Assembly: GCF_035594765.1 (NCBI RefSeq)
Contig: NC_085842.1
Coordinates: 121,533,036-121,597,035, forward strand
Length of the DNA stretch: 64,000 nt
DNA from: Anolis carolinensis
Lineage: Eukaryota
Direction of reading: 5' to 3'
Shown: piece by piece, positions 1 to 14,168 of the stretch
Numbering within the stretch: the first letter of the stretch is position 1
How the letters are laid out: each line of letters opens with the position of its first letter
Notes under the pieces: model-generated
What the model was told of the DNA's origin: nothing
The model's input: only the letters and a program-made list of their open reading frames with translations
The model's database searches: none
Made by a program: the position numbers and the translations under genes

Positions 1-220
1 ATGAATTTTAACTGGTTAACCAAATCCCCATGAGTGTCCACTGAAGTTTATCTGTCTTGAGTGTCGACTAAAATTCATCAATGGAGCCTGATTTCTAAAA
101 TATTGCACGTTATGGAATTAACGTCATGGGCTGGCTTAAAGTGAGCTTCATAGCCTCTTCTGCAAGAACTGCTGCAGCAGTGACAGCTCTAAGACATGGT
201 GGCCACCCTTTTGCTACCAA

Positions 221-669
221 GGTAGAGTCTCACTTATCCAACATTCTGGATTATCCAACTCAGTCTGCCTCCTGCCCGGATCCACAGCTGTTTCTCTAGG
301 CAGCAAGGACTGAACTTTTTATGCATTTAATTTCCAACAATGTTGTTACTGCAAGTTCATTTTATGCAATTCTATCTGTATTTGTAATCAATTTGTTAGT
401 AGCCAATGTTTTTGCAGTCAATGTTTTAAATACATTTTGATGTTTTGGTGCTAAATTTGTAAATACAGTAATTACCACACAACGTTACCGTGTATTGAAC
501 TGCTTTTTCTGTCAATTTGTTGTAAAACATGACGTTTTGGTGCTTAATTTGTAAAATAACATAATTTGACGTTTAAAAGGCTTTTCCTTAATCCCTGCTT
601 ATTATCCAACATTTTTGCTTATCCAACGTTCTCCCAGCCTGTTTATGTTGGATAAGTGAGACTCTACGG
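221..669. mobile_element. Tc1/mariner-pogo (Tigger-like) MITE
   Basis: Terminal inverted repeats gtagagtctcacttatcc ... ggataagtgagactctac. Same family as 1104-1426 and 51585-51907. Confidence 0.8.
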
Positions 670-879
670 TATATCTAATTGCTTTGAAAGATAGGCCACT
701 GGCCTGGGCCAAGTTTCTAATAACTGAGTTAATACTCCCATGGCAATGCCCTCTCTTTCTACCTCTCATTCCATATTCCTGAGGTACAACAGAACTACTC
801 TTCATGATTCGCTAAAAAAAAAAAAAAAAAAGTTTCAACCTTCCCTCTGGCTAGGGCTCTGGCTCATCTCAATTTGTAA

Positions 880-1080
880 ACCGCAGAGCGGAGCCGGCGT
901 TGTCCGTAGATGCCTCCAGGGTCATGTGGCCGGCATGACTGCATGGAGCGCTGTTCCCTTCCTATTGATCTACTCAAACTGGCATGTTCTCAAACTACTA
1001 GGCTGGGAGAAACTGGGGCTAACAGTGCGAGCTTGGCAAGTTCAGCAGCTCAGCGGTTTAATCCGCTCTGCCACAGGGAG
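880..1080 (-). mobile_element. Sauria SINE fragment
   Basis: Shares ggtcatgtggccggcatgactgcatggagc and gcaagttcagcagctcagcggtttaatccgct with the copies at 20330 and 43293. Confidence 0.8.
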
Positions 1081-1103
1081 TTCCATTCACGGAATTACAT
1101 ATA

Positions 1104-1426
1104 CAGTAGAGTCTCACTTATCCAACATAAACAGGCCAGCAGTATGTTGGATAAGCGAATATGTTGGATAATAAGGAGGGATTAAGGAAAAGCCTATTAA
1201 ACATCAAATTACATTATGATTTTACAAATTAAGCACCAAAACATCATGTTATACAACAAATTTGACAGAAAAAGTAGTTCAATACGCAGTAATGCTATGT
1301 AGTCATTACTGTATTTACAAATTTAGCACCAACATATCACAATGTATTGAAAACATTGAGTACAAAAATGCGTTGGATAATCCAGAACGTTGGATAAGCG
1401 AGTGTTGGATAAGTGCGACTCTACTG
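1104..1426. mobile_element. Tc1/mariner-pogo (Tigger-like) MITE with TA TSD
   Basis: ta-cagtagagtctcacttatcc ... ggataagtgcgactctactg-ta. Confidence 0.85.
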
Positions 1427-1457
1427 TATAGATAATATGTGTGTGTGCGTGTATGTG

Positions 1458-1458
<1 letters not shown>

Positions 1459-1498
<40 letters not shown>
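1459..1498. repeat. (TA)n microsatellite
   Basis: Direct observation. Confidence 0.95.
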
Positions 1499-1503
<5 letters not shown>

Positions 1504-1569
1504 ATGAATATTTTGTAAATCAAGGTTCGTTCAACAATTGCCCATTCGCTTTCTGGGACACCCTATATG

Positions 1570-2700
<1,131 letters not shown>

Positions 2701-2974
2701 TTGGGCTGAGCGTTGTTTGTTGGGAAGGACCTCACTTTTTGATGTGTCGTCGAAGGCTTTCATGGCCGGAATCACTGAGTTGCTGTGAGTTTTCTGCGCT
2801 GTATGACCACGTTCCAGAAGCATTATCTCCTGACCTTTCGCCCGCATCTATGGTAGGCATCCTCAGAGGTTGTGAGGTCTAGGCAAAGTGGAGTTTATAT
2901 ATCTGTGGAAAGTGGGAGAAAGAACTCTTGTCTGTTGGAGGCAAGTGTTAATGTAGCAATTGGCCACATTTAAT

Positions 2975-3250
2975 GGCCCCAGCGGCGTAGTGGGTTAAAG
3001 CCTTGCCACTTGAAGGTTGGGTTGCTGACCTGAAGGCTGCCAGGTTCGAATCCCACCCGGGGAGAGCGCAGATGAGCTCCCTCTATCAGCTCCAGCTCCA
3101 TGCGGGGACATGAGAGAAGCCTCCCACAAGGATGGTAAAAACATCAAAACATACGGGCATCCCCTGGGCAACGACCTTGCAGACAACCAATTCTCTCACA
3201 CCAGAAGCGACTTGCAGTTTCTGAAGTCACTCCGGACACACACACACACA
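2975..3250 (+). mobile_element. tRNA-derived SINE
   Basis: B box ggttcgaatccc. Near-identical to the copy at 29627-29895. Confidence 0.8.
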
Positions 3251-3304
3251 AAAACTCAAGGCCTGGCTAATTTCTGCCTGGGGGAATCCTTTGTTGGGAG
3301 TTGT

Positions 3305-3397
3305 CAGGGGTGTTTTGAATGTGATTTTCCTGCTTCTTGGCAGGGGGTTGGACTGGATGGCCCACGAGGTCTCTTCCAACTCTATGATTCTATGATT
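3305..3397 (+). mobile_element. CR1 LINE 3' end fragment
   Basis: gggttggactggatggccc...tcttccaactctatgattctatgatt, matching the CR1 3'UTR at 33805-33897. Confidence 0.8.
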
Positions 3398-3754
3398 GTA
3401 AATCGGGGGAATTCCAGACAGGAAACAATCAGGGCCAGCTAACACCTCCCAACAAAGGATTCTGCCAGGCAGTTAGCAGCCAAAACTTGAAGTTGTACGG
3501 CTATTCAATGCTAATCAAGGTGGTCAATTGCAACATTCACACCTGCCTCCAACAGACCAGAGTTCTTTCTCCCACCCTGGACATTCCACAGGTACACAAA
3601 CCCTACTTGCCTAGTTTCCAACAGACCTCTCAGTCTCAGAGCATGCCTGCCATAGATGCAGGTAAAACATCAGGAGAAAATGTTGCTGGAACATGCCTGT
3701 CCAGAAAACGCACAGCAACCCAGTGATTCCGGCCATTAAAGCCTTCAGCAATAT

Positions 3755-4165
3755 ATATTTTTTATTTCCCCCCGCTCTATCTCAGCTCTGAAGGGGACTT
3801 AGAGCAACCTCCAAATTGGCAATAATTCAATGCCACATTAACATAAGACAAACAAAAAACAACAAAAATGTCTTAAATCATGAAAATAATAAAACACTAA
3901 TATATCAATAAATAAATAAGTTGTTGAAACATTATACATAGACCAAAAATCATAATCCAGAAGCCATTCCAATCACATTGCCATTCACTTTGTAGCTGCA
4001 TATAGCCTTGTGCTACTCTCCAAACGCTTGGTTCCATAGCCAGGTTTTAACTTGTTTTCTAATGGATAGGAGGGAGGGGGCCAATCTAATTTCACTGGGA
4101 AGGGAATTCCATAGCTGAGAGGCCACCACCGAGAAGGCCCTGTCCCTCGCCCCCATTAGCCACAC
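3755..4165 (-). mobile_element. L2-clade LINE 3' fragment
   Basis: Typical L2 3' end (cgctctatctc...ggggacttagagc) followed by ccaccaccgagaaggccct ORF2 C-terminal sequence. Confidence 0.6.
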
Positions 4166-7100
4166 CTATATACATACACATAGACAACCCACCACCCACA
4201 TTAATGTTACCCGCTGTCCCTCCCCCAGTGCACCCGTCACCTAGGCTTCCATCACTAATCATCACAGAGCTTATTCTCCTTTTATTTACCTCTCTATAAT
4301 TCTAGATTAATAGATTCCTCTAGTCTTTATGGCTTAATTTCTCCTGTCAAATATGCTATGGCCAGCTTCTAGTTTCTTTCAAAAACTTCATGACTTTCAT
4401 GTTTCAAATTGCTAGATGTCTTGGCCATCTGTGTATGATCCCACAATTTGTCCCTTCCAATGTTTTATGCTTAGTGGTTTTTATTTTTTTATTTTTTTTA
4501 CCTTTACAGTCTTTATAGCCGTGAAACTGAACTGAAAAATTTCTCTTTTCGGCTGCTCTAGATTGTCTCTGAATAAACCTAATAGGCACATCCACTTTAT
4601 TTGAACCATTTTATTTGTTTCCTTAATAATGTTTTTCTAATAAGCCACCACATGGGAAAGAAGGTCCCTTTCTGTGTTTTGCACCTCCAGCAGAATCCTG
4701 TGGGAGTTGAGGTCCAAAACACCTGGAGGGCCAAAGTTTGCCCATGCCTGGTATAGGTGCATCCTTGGCAGCAGGTGGAGAAACATGTTAATTATTGACC
4801 TGGGGATGAGGGGAAAACAGGCCTGAGGAATAAACTTTAAGCTCCCATAGCTCAATGGTATAGAAATCTTGGGAGTTCTAGTTTTACAAAGTCTTTGGCC
4901 TTCTCTGCCAAAGAGTGCTTGCTGGTGCCTCATCAAAGCACCAATCTCAAGATTCCAGAGCATGGAGGCATGGCTCTTAAACCTGTGTCAAAAGTGTTGG
5001 AACCTCACCAAACTGCAGCTCCCAGGATTCCATTGCCTTTTGCTACAGCAGTTAATGCGGTGTCAAGCTGCATTCATTCTGCAGTGCAGATGCACCCAAA
5101 GACATCACCTCCCCAATGCCCCAACCACCTTGGCCACAGTTTGGAATTCAGAAAGGTGAAGATCAAACTTTGTGAAATATTTCAGTCTTCGCTTCTACTT
5201 TTCAGTGCTGTTTTCTTATCTCCACAGCTCTTGGAGCTGAACAGGATTTTTTGGGACTATCACACCTACAAAGTCTTACACTGTCCCCAACTCACACAGT
5301 GATGTCAGTAACTCATGGTTCCTGTCGCCAACATGGACCACCTCTTGTATTAGAGCATACTCGAGTGTTGCATATAAAATACATGCAACACTGCATAGGA
5401 AAATTGTCAAAACCAGTGACTATAAAAAGCCAGCAGTGCATGCTTCCAGCCTGTGCAGATGAAACCATACCATTTGAAGCATCGTAATACCAATAATTGG
5501 GTAATGACAGCTCTGACCAGAGCACAAGCCCATTAGAAGGTTCAAAAGTTAACCTTGTATGTATATTGAGACAGTTCATGTAAGCTGATGTGACAACATG
5601 TTTCTTGTAGTTATATCTAACTACAGGGGTATGTTTGTAAAATATAAATTTTTGCACAAATTTTACAGTCATTTTGGTGTCATCTCTTCTGAGGGTTCAC
5701 ACCTGTCCTACAGCCAGGCCAACCATTCTGTGGCTTTGTCAGGTGCTGTATAAAGCAGGAAGGGTAGGATTGCTATGGCCCTGAATTGCAGTCCCATAAC
5801 CCATCACAATTGCTTCTCCAGCCTAGGGCTGCTGAGAGTTACAGTATGACAATAGCTGGAGGACACCAGATTCCTGTCTCTATAGTTCAAACTACTCATT
5901 ACTTAGTGAATGGGACAAGAAAAAATGACAAAAGTGAGTGTGCCTTAGGCTGGCCTCCACATTGCCTGTATTCAGCTGTCCATGCTGCCTGAACACAAAG
6001 TGAACATTAAATCTATGAACAAGTTCAGCAAGTCTGAGGGCCAATTTCTGGGTCCTGGAATTTACAGGGTCTGCAGAGGCTGCCAAAAATGTGTCAAAAC
6101 AAAACCAGGAGGGGCTGTTTTTTCTGAAACATTTTTATTTGAAAAAAATGTATTAAATAGTGCAGGAATATCTTGTGTTTCACTGCTTTTTAAACTGTGG
6201 GTTCTAACCCCAAATAAGGTCCCCTTAGCTCAGTGTTGGGGTCACAAAAATCTGAATATAGTAAAAGGTTTCTGGAAGACACTCACATAAATATGTTAGC
6301 AACAATGTACAGTGTTTACAGTGGAAAATGCTTCAGCTGTACTCCACAGGAAGTAAAATCAGCCTGTTTAGCAAGCCTTTCAATGTTGGAGATTTAATAA
6401 ATGAACTTTGGAGCTGCAGCATATGTTAGTTGCTGAGGCCATGCAACTTCAGCAATGAGAAAAAGACTCATGCAGAGGGAAACCTTCAATACTGGCCAAT
6501 GAACTTTGTGAGGATGTGCAGCTTTTGCCAGGTGCCATTTCAGTTACTAACCTTGGAGATATGGTGACTGGAATGTTTTCATATGAAGTGGGAAATTAGT
6601 GTTGACATCTTATTGGACTATTCAGGAAGGCTATTCATGGCCAGTAGTCCCATTAGATAAGCTACCTCCCAGAGCTCTGAATGCTGGTCACTTAAGGATA
6701 GCAGTAGGTGGGGAGATTGATCTCATGTGTTTATTGAGACGGTCATTCATTTAGTAACCATGGGAAATAGTGGGATGCCAGTCTAACTGCACTATATACC
6801 TTTTAAAAATGACAAAAAAATAAATCTAAAAAACCTGGGTCTACTTATTTACAGGTCAAAGCAAAATCCATGATTTTGAACCTAAAACCTGCCTTTGATT
6901 TATACATGAGGTCAACTTATACACAAGTACTTGTGATAAATTGGTCTGATCCTACCAATTTTCTAAAGCCCATATACACATATAATTGGACTCAAATGTT
7001 GCACTGAGTACATGTTTTCATGCTACAAACACCTGCCTATCAAATAAAAAAAATCTTTCAGCACTAAGAGAATTACACACACACACACATTTTATTTAAT

Positions 7101-7851
7101 TCATTTATGCTAATGGTATAAGAAATAATGTTTGTAAAGATATATATAAGAAATATTGATCATAGCATTGTTAATGTTCAGAGTTTCTTTCAATAACACA
7201 TCTCTGCCTAAAAGTGAATGCTATTTTAATTTCTCCTAAGTGAAATTTTAATATTAAGTAAAGTTTTTCTGATGGCTGTTGTCTTCCATTGCTTGTTTAT
7301 TGAGGAGTAAAGCTTGTTGTATGTAGTGCATTGGATTGCAGCCATAATCAATCATCTTATCTCTGACACTCATAACAAAGGAATTTGATGTTTTCAAAAT
7401 ATGTTTGAATTATGAAGTAATACGACAGGTGACTCTTGAATAAATAAGGAGGAGGGAGGATGATTCATAGGTAGTTTTTACCACTGGAAAAGGGAGTGTT
7501 GTTTTATTGTACAGAACAGAACTCACAGTGAATTCCTAGCAACTTGTCACCTTATATAATTCTGGGTTGATTACCACAGTATGAATGGAAGGGTCTGAAT
7601 AGGCAACCTAGAATCACTGAATTGTAGCTGCCATTTCTGATTTACATATTTTCCATCAAATTATAAAGAGGCTGATGCCTTTGTTCTCTAGGCCAAGGTT
7701 TTTGTATTTGCTTCTAAATTTGTTGTGTTCAAGGACACTGTAAATTACATATGCTGTAGTCTGTTCAGACGTGGGTGCTGCATATAGATTAGGCTAAATG
7801 TGGGTAAATTGTGGGAAAGTTACTGTTTAGACTACATCTCCCAGAATCAAC

Positions 7852-9528
7852 TGAAGTCGAGCTAGAATTTGGAGGGTCTTCCCCTGAATTTCCCAAATAA
7901 ATCTCACCAAAGCTGAAGAAAATGCCACCGAGTTGTTTATTGCGATCCAGCTAGAAAGGATGTCAAACTGCGATTATTCGTCAAGCAGACATACCACACA
8001 AAGCATTACAGCAGAAAAACAGGGTGGTCAATTTTGAATCTCCCGCTCCCCCCCCCGGCTTCGTGCTGATTGGTTGTTGTCATCATCTGGAGAGGAGGCG
8101 TGGACGCCTCAGCCAATCAGGGAGCCAGTGCCACTTTCGCCTCTTGGCCAATCGGGAGTAAGGAGGCAGACCGAGTAGGAAACAAAGGACCAGGAGTGGG
8201 ATTTGAGTGGATTAAGATGACTTAATGGGTGTCCGGCAGCTGGCGATAACCCCTAGGGGTCCTCCAAGCCAGCTAGGTATTCCAGTAGTGTGAATAAACA
8301 TCTGAGTCTGACGTAGCCATCAGGATCTGGATTTTCCGGGGACTGGATACAGAAACAAATAGGCGAGATCTTGATAGCAGTTTCGGCCAGGGTGCGGAGA
8401 CAAAGGAAGAGGCAGTTGGGACAATCTCAACTTTTCGAAGGGGGATTGTCCCTCATTGGAATATGACAGGATTACCAGGGGGCATTCTTCTCCAGGTGGC
8501 CTTGCTCCAAAGCCTGGAGAGGATGTCCATTGTTCTTGTCCATGCAAGGAGTTTTTTGGTTCAGTCCTTTTTGTCAGGGGATTATTCACCCTCGGAAATG
8601 AGAAGGTTTTCCTGAGGGCTGGAGTGCTAGGGTCACACAAAGGTGGCATTTCATATTTTTATAGTTTATATAGGGGACATGGGGAAAGGGAGACATATGA
8701 GGGATACATTCATGAAAGAGGAAATCATATCAACCCATCCCACCCACCAGGACAAGTTCATAAATCACATAGGAAAACATAAGATCTGGGGGGGGGGGGG
8801 GTGAAAAAAGGTTCCAGCAAGTTTCTAGATAACTTGGCGAGGTTGACCAGAGTCCTGAAGGAGGTCTGGGGTATAGGGAAACATCTGGATGACTCCATCG
8901 AGTTAGTTATGGAGTCCAAATTCCTTAGGCAGTGAAAAACAGACGGCAAAAGGCAGCACGGCGGCGGAGAGCCGCGGTTGACAATCAGCTGTTCTTTCCC
9001 TTTAAATTTGATTCCTTGGAACAAAAGGTTATTTCCTGGAGCGTAGGAGTCCAAAATGCAGAAAGTGAGATAGCAGTTAGTCTTAGAATTAGCCTAGGAA
9101 AGTGTGATGCCAAAATGGGGCCGATCCGTTGATGCATGGATACCGGGGCCTAATGGTTCTCAGTATCCATGGTTCAAAGAGACGCAATTTCAGCCCACGC
9201 TAGCAGCTGCTGGCAGTTCGGGAAGGGAGTGTTGGAAGGCTGGGGTCAGTGGAAAGGAAAGGTTCATATGCTAGTATCAGTAAAGAGGCACACAGTATCA
9301 CTATGAGAGGGAGAAAGTTAAAATGCAACGATACTTTTATTTAGGATTAGTTACAATGTTAGGGTTGAGGGAAGAAGCAGAGGAGAGAATAGTCCCGGCT
9401 CGTTGAAGCTGCTGCTGGGGTGTGCATTTCATGAGTGGCTGGCCCAACAGGGCTTGCTGGATCCGCAGAACTCCCTGCTGCAGGTCAGATCAGTTTGAAC
9501 GCAGGGGTCCTCTGGGGGCTCAACCTCA
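7852..9528 (-). mobile_element. Long solo LTR (1677 bp), ERV-like, 4-bp TSD
   Basis: TG...CA termini with imperfect inverted repeat (TGAAGTCGAGC vs TGAGGTTGAGC). TSD caac at 7848-7851 and 9529-9532. CCAAT boxes at about 8068-8153. AATAAA on the minus strand near 7940 gives the orientation. Confidence 0.75.
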
Positions 9529-9653
9529 CAACCAGCGTAGCCAGCTTGGTTTCAAATTCTGAAAGTGGGATTTTTGGGCATCTCTATGTTCTTGCATGGC
9601 TGAGAGTTGGACTGGATGACCCTTGTAATCATTTCCAACTCTGATACTAAGTA

Positions 9654-9730
9654 CAGGGTGTTTGAAAAAGAACTCCCTATTCACCATTTAAATTAAATGG
9701 TGAATAGGGAGTTCTTTTTCAAACACTCTG
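9654..9730. mobile_element. 77-bp near-perfect palindromic Tc1/mariner-type MITE
   Basis: ta-cagggtgtttgaaaaagaactccctattcaccattta...taaatggtgaatagggagttctttttcaaacactctg-ta. Confidence 0.8.
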
Positions 9731-12700
9731 TATTTGAGACATCAGCCCTCCATAGCTGCAGACACCATGGCAAATTCCAAGGGAAGAGAAATTGTAATAT
9801 GAAAGTGTTTTGCTCCCCCCTCCCAGTGGATGTTATTTATCTGAAAGGTAAAAACTGGGTGACCTCTGATTCCTTGACAGTAGGGTGGATTATGCTGCTC
9901 TTCAAATACGATGGAATTGCAACTTCCATCTTCCCTCACTCTTAGCTGTGACTGTAGTTGCTAGGACTTGTAGCAACCATATTTCATGATATTTTTTGTT
10001 CTAGGTAGCATGGTCTATTTTTCTCACACCACCATGACAACAGTACTCCTGAACATTTAGTAGGATTTTAATCATAATTGGGTAGTAACACCACCAGACT
10101 ATAACTAATCACTATATTGTAATCAATTACAATATCACTAATTGTAAACTTTCATCTTGGATTTCTTGCCATCAAGTACAGTAACTAAGTTTTCTGAAGA
10201 AATTCCTGATTACTGTACTGTAAATCCTTTTGAGTTTGGATGCCACTCCTAACACATTACTCAGCTCACATGATATGGTAAACTGGGGATCAGTGGGAAT
10301 CCTGATTTTATCATTTATGAGCAGTGTGCTCACAAAAAAACCACAGAGCTTTACATGAGATCTCAACAATGGGCCAGCTCCTTCTCAATAGTTTGTTTCT
10401 CCCCCAACAAACTGCAGAACGAAATCTAAAACAAACATTGGATTTCTTCTGTGGATTGTTGGGGGAGAAACAAAGGTTTAGGAATTCATTGCTCCAGTGA
10501 TCCTGTTTGGCAGTTCTTTTCAGGTAGCAGATCTGGGGAGGGAGAGCATAGTGACAGCCTCATATCTTTTCTATCTGAGTTCCTAGGCAATCTTGAGGAC
10601 AGAGTCGGGTGTTCTAGGGGAGCCTATCCCTTTGCTGGTATTAAGTAAAGTTCAACTGACATTCAAGCTGGCTTCTCTCCATGGCCTGGAGTAAGGAACC
10701 ATCATAGCTTTTTGCCTCAAGCAGCAAAATGTTTTGGCAGGCCCTGCCACAGGCAAATTATCTATGATACAGGATAACTTCCATGGTGTAAAATGCACTA
10801 CCACAAAGGAGGGAGAAAGGAAAGGGTTAAGATTAAAGTGGTAGAAGGGGAGACAAGGTTACCCCTGTGCTCCCATTCCCTGGTCATTTTTCTAATTAAA
10901 AATCCCATCCGTTCCTCTGAAGCTGCAGCTTTGACCCATGAGCAGGCAAAGCACAATGCTAACCTTCATCTTATATCTATGAAGGACCATCTAGGAAGGT
11001 ACTCATGCCAAAATGAAGAGATGCTGATGCATTATTCTGAGTTATAAAGGGATAGTATGTTGGCTATTGTGTTTGTTGTACTGGACTATTCTTAGCTTTG
11101 GACTGATTTATCAATGCTGAGAGGCACTTGGCAATGTTTACATAAGGGAGGGGCATCTGAACCTTGTATTGTTCAATGATTTTTTTCATTAATTTTTTCA
11201 CAATTTTTGTAACCACAACTCCCTGAGAGAATAATCTTATTTTCTGTTTTATGGGAAAGTGTATACCAAGCCCATAGTTGCTTAATACCAATCCCATAGT
11301 TGCAGAGATCTTGTTGAACACATGTATGCCAGCTCTCCCCAAAGGTTCTCTAGCTGCAGAATTATTGGGGATGTAGATTAACATGCTTTGAAGGCCACAG
11401 GTTGGGAAAGGCTACAGTATGCTTTAAGATTACTGTGGTTAGCATGTTGCAAAATCTAGCTTGATTGTTCAACTTTAATCATATTCTGAATTAATTTAAT
11501 AATACTTTTGTTTGTGTTTTTAAAAAGAATGACAGCATCAATGCTAGCTAAGGTTCAACATAATGAGGCATGAATGCTGCATAAGGACCAGCAGCAAGCT
11601 AGGTGAGCTTGGGTTATGTGTAATGCTTTTGTCTCCTTAGAAACTGTGTAGTACCTGAAAGAACTGCAGATAAGAATGAATAATACTTCTGTTTGCTCTT
11701 CTCTTTGTTACAGAAAATGAAAAGCGACTGGCTATTTCCTCAACAACTTTGTGAAGTGGAAGGCTAGTTCTTCTACAATTGCTGGTCCTTTGGTTTCTGG
11801 CAATATAAAAATGTTGTTCTATAACACACAACTGCACCATACTCCCAAATTTCCCAATTTAGCAGACAGTCCTTCTTAATCCGAGCCACAGATCCCCACC
11901 GGCTTGGCTGAGGTGGTTCAGGACTGCTTCGGAAATGAGGGAATACAGTTTCACAAAACTCTGGATTCACTTAGGCGTCTTTCAGAAAAAACTTATTGAC
12001 CTAATTTGAGTTGATTTAGTGAAAAGCTCTCAGTGGTACTGGGAATGGGATTGAAGAGGGAGGGCCCTAAAATGCCCTCCCTTCTAGCTCATACTGCATT
12101 TGAGAAAAATAGCAATAAAATGCCTGGATAAAAATGCTTAGCAGTAATACAAAGCCTGGAATGTTGCTTTTCAAATGTTACATTATTTCTTACTACAGTC
12201 ACCTAACTGCTTGTTACTTGTTAATGTTACTGCAGTCCAGCAAGGTAACTCAGACAGTTACCCTTTGATTTGCTGTTATTACTACTGCATAATTAACAGA
12301 GACATACATAAAACAACAACAACCAGGAACTACAGTTCAATGCTCTCACTCAAGTGGCAATTAAGATATTACACTTTACACTTACAATTTTTTCAAGGCA
12401 GAATCCAGTTCCAAGTTCCAACTGTATCCTTTCAATTAGCATCCACTTGAAGTTTTTGGAACCCCTATGAACTGAGAGGCAATATATAAATACCACAAAC
12501 AATTTCCCCTGGCTTGACTATACAGTTTTGTGGAAAGTTGACCTGTTAATTTCTAGATACTAGGTAAGTGTTTACATCTAGCTTTTAAAATTATTTAAAA
12601 TATATTTTAAAATCATATTCAACACATTTTGCACATCAGTCCCGGAGTTCCAGTGGGAAGAAAAGCAATTAACTAATGCTGTAAAAATAAAGATGACAAA

Positions 12701-13474
12701 AATGAAAAGGGAGAGGAATTTTGAAAAGGATATATGGGGAATTAATAAAGTAAAAACAATGGAGCATAGAAGCAGTGTGGCTTCCCTGTCAGAGGAACAG
12801 AAGCAAGTTGTGTGGAACAATAGAGAACATCTATTATCCTGTCGATTCAGACAGACATCACTGTGCGCGTTGAAGTCTTTCCCCATATGTCAAGTCACTG
12901 CATTAAACCAAATCCAGGTCTCTTGTTCTGGGACTCTGTCATGGGGATTATAATTTTATGTGATAGGTTTGCTGTGTTGTAGAGCACTGAGATAGAAATG
13001 ACCTATATTTTTCAGGTTTGATCAGAGAAGTTCCACATTTCCAAGGCTTATTCTCCTGGTCCAACTGTGACTCAAGTGTTTTATTCTCTAGCTCAGTATT
13101 GGTCAAGTTATAGTGGAAGCTTTGAGTCCCCCCTCCCTTCCTCCCTCCCCCCTCTCTCTCTCACATGTGTGTGCGCATGTGTGTGTGTGTGCGCACACAC
13201 ACACACACACACATTACATCTTGTTTGTGAGGGGAAACTAAAGTAACTGTTTTATTGACCTCCTGTGTGATCTAGAAGATGTTCTGTCTCCACCCAGCCC
13301 AGACTGTTCTTTAGAAGTGTGAAATATCCTGGTATTGTTCTTTAGTCAGTCTCATTCTTCAACATTTAAGGGCAGTTCAAATTGCATCCCTTTTACTAGT
13401 TCCGTGAAGACCAGGGATTTATAATGAATTGTCTCCTAATTGGCTAGTCTTACAGTTCCTTTCCCTGTTTTACT

Positions 13475-14168
13475 ATTTATTTATTGTATCAGAAGTGAAC
13501 CGAGGGTACAGTTGTAATGTATTTAAAAACACAAACAAAGTTAAAAACTTGGCATTATACTAAATGTCCTTTGACCAGTAGCTGGCCACCTGGAGAGCCT
13601 CTGGTATTACTATAAGATGGTCCTCCATTGTGCACGTGGCAGGGCTCAGGCTGCATTGTAATAGGTGGTCTGTGGTTTCCTCTTCTCCACACTCACATGC
13701 CGTGGACTCCATTTTGTGTCCCTATTTCATAAGGTTGGATCTGCATCTTGTGGTCCCAGAGCCTTCGAAGTCACCTAGTCTTCTGTCTGCCCAGGAGGGT
13801 GTCTCTCATTTGGCTTGAGGTTCTGGGTTTTAGCCTGCCACTTTTGGACTCTTCCTGCGAATATCTCTGTAGATCTTAGAAAACTATTTCTTGATTTAAC
13901 ACATTGGTGTGCTGGCTGATATCTGAACAGGATGGGCTGGAGATGTCACTGCTTTGGTCCTTTCATTATTGATTGTCACTTCCCGGCAGATGTCAGGTGG
14001 TGCAGTATATGTGGGGCATAGACATCCTGTGATAATGCAGCATGTCTTATTAAGAGCTACATCCACTGTTTTAACGTGGTGAGATGTGTTCCACACTGGG
14101 CATGCGTACTCAGCAGCAGAGCTGCAAAGTGCAAGGTCAGATGTCTTCACTGTATCTGGTTGTGATCC
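13475..14168 (-). mobile_element. Vingi-type LINE 3' fragment (degraded)
   Basis: ORF 13896-14150 encodes ALCSSAAEYACPVWNTSHHVKTVDVALNKTCCIITGCL, typical of the Ingi/Vingi ORF C-terminus. (TAAA)n tail near 13475. Confidence 0.7.

Larger units (their letters stand above)
2740..3750. mobile_element. Penelope-like element termini in inverted arrangement, interrupted by a SINE and a CR1 3' tail
   Basis: Minus-strand pLTR sequence at 2740-2970 and 3255-3300, plus-strand pLTR at about 3400-3750. Homologous to 23530-24870 and 49519-50227. Confidence 0.75.

Noticed and set aside
2975-3060. tRNA gene
   Set aside because: The A and B boxes belong to a SINE head, and no cloverleaf structure is present.
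8320-9132. Several ~100-aa ORFs inside the long LTR
   Set aside because: No recognisable gag, pol or env motifs, and the lengths are compatible with chance.
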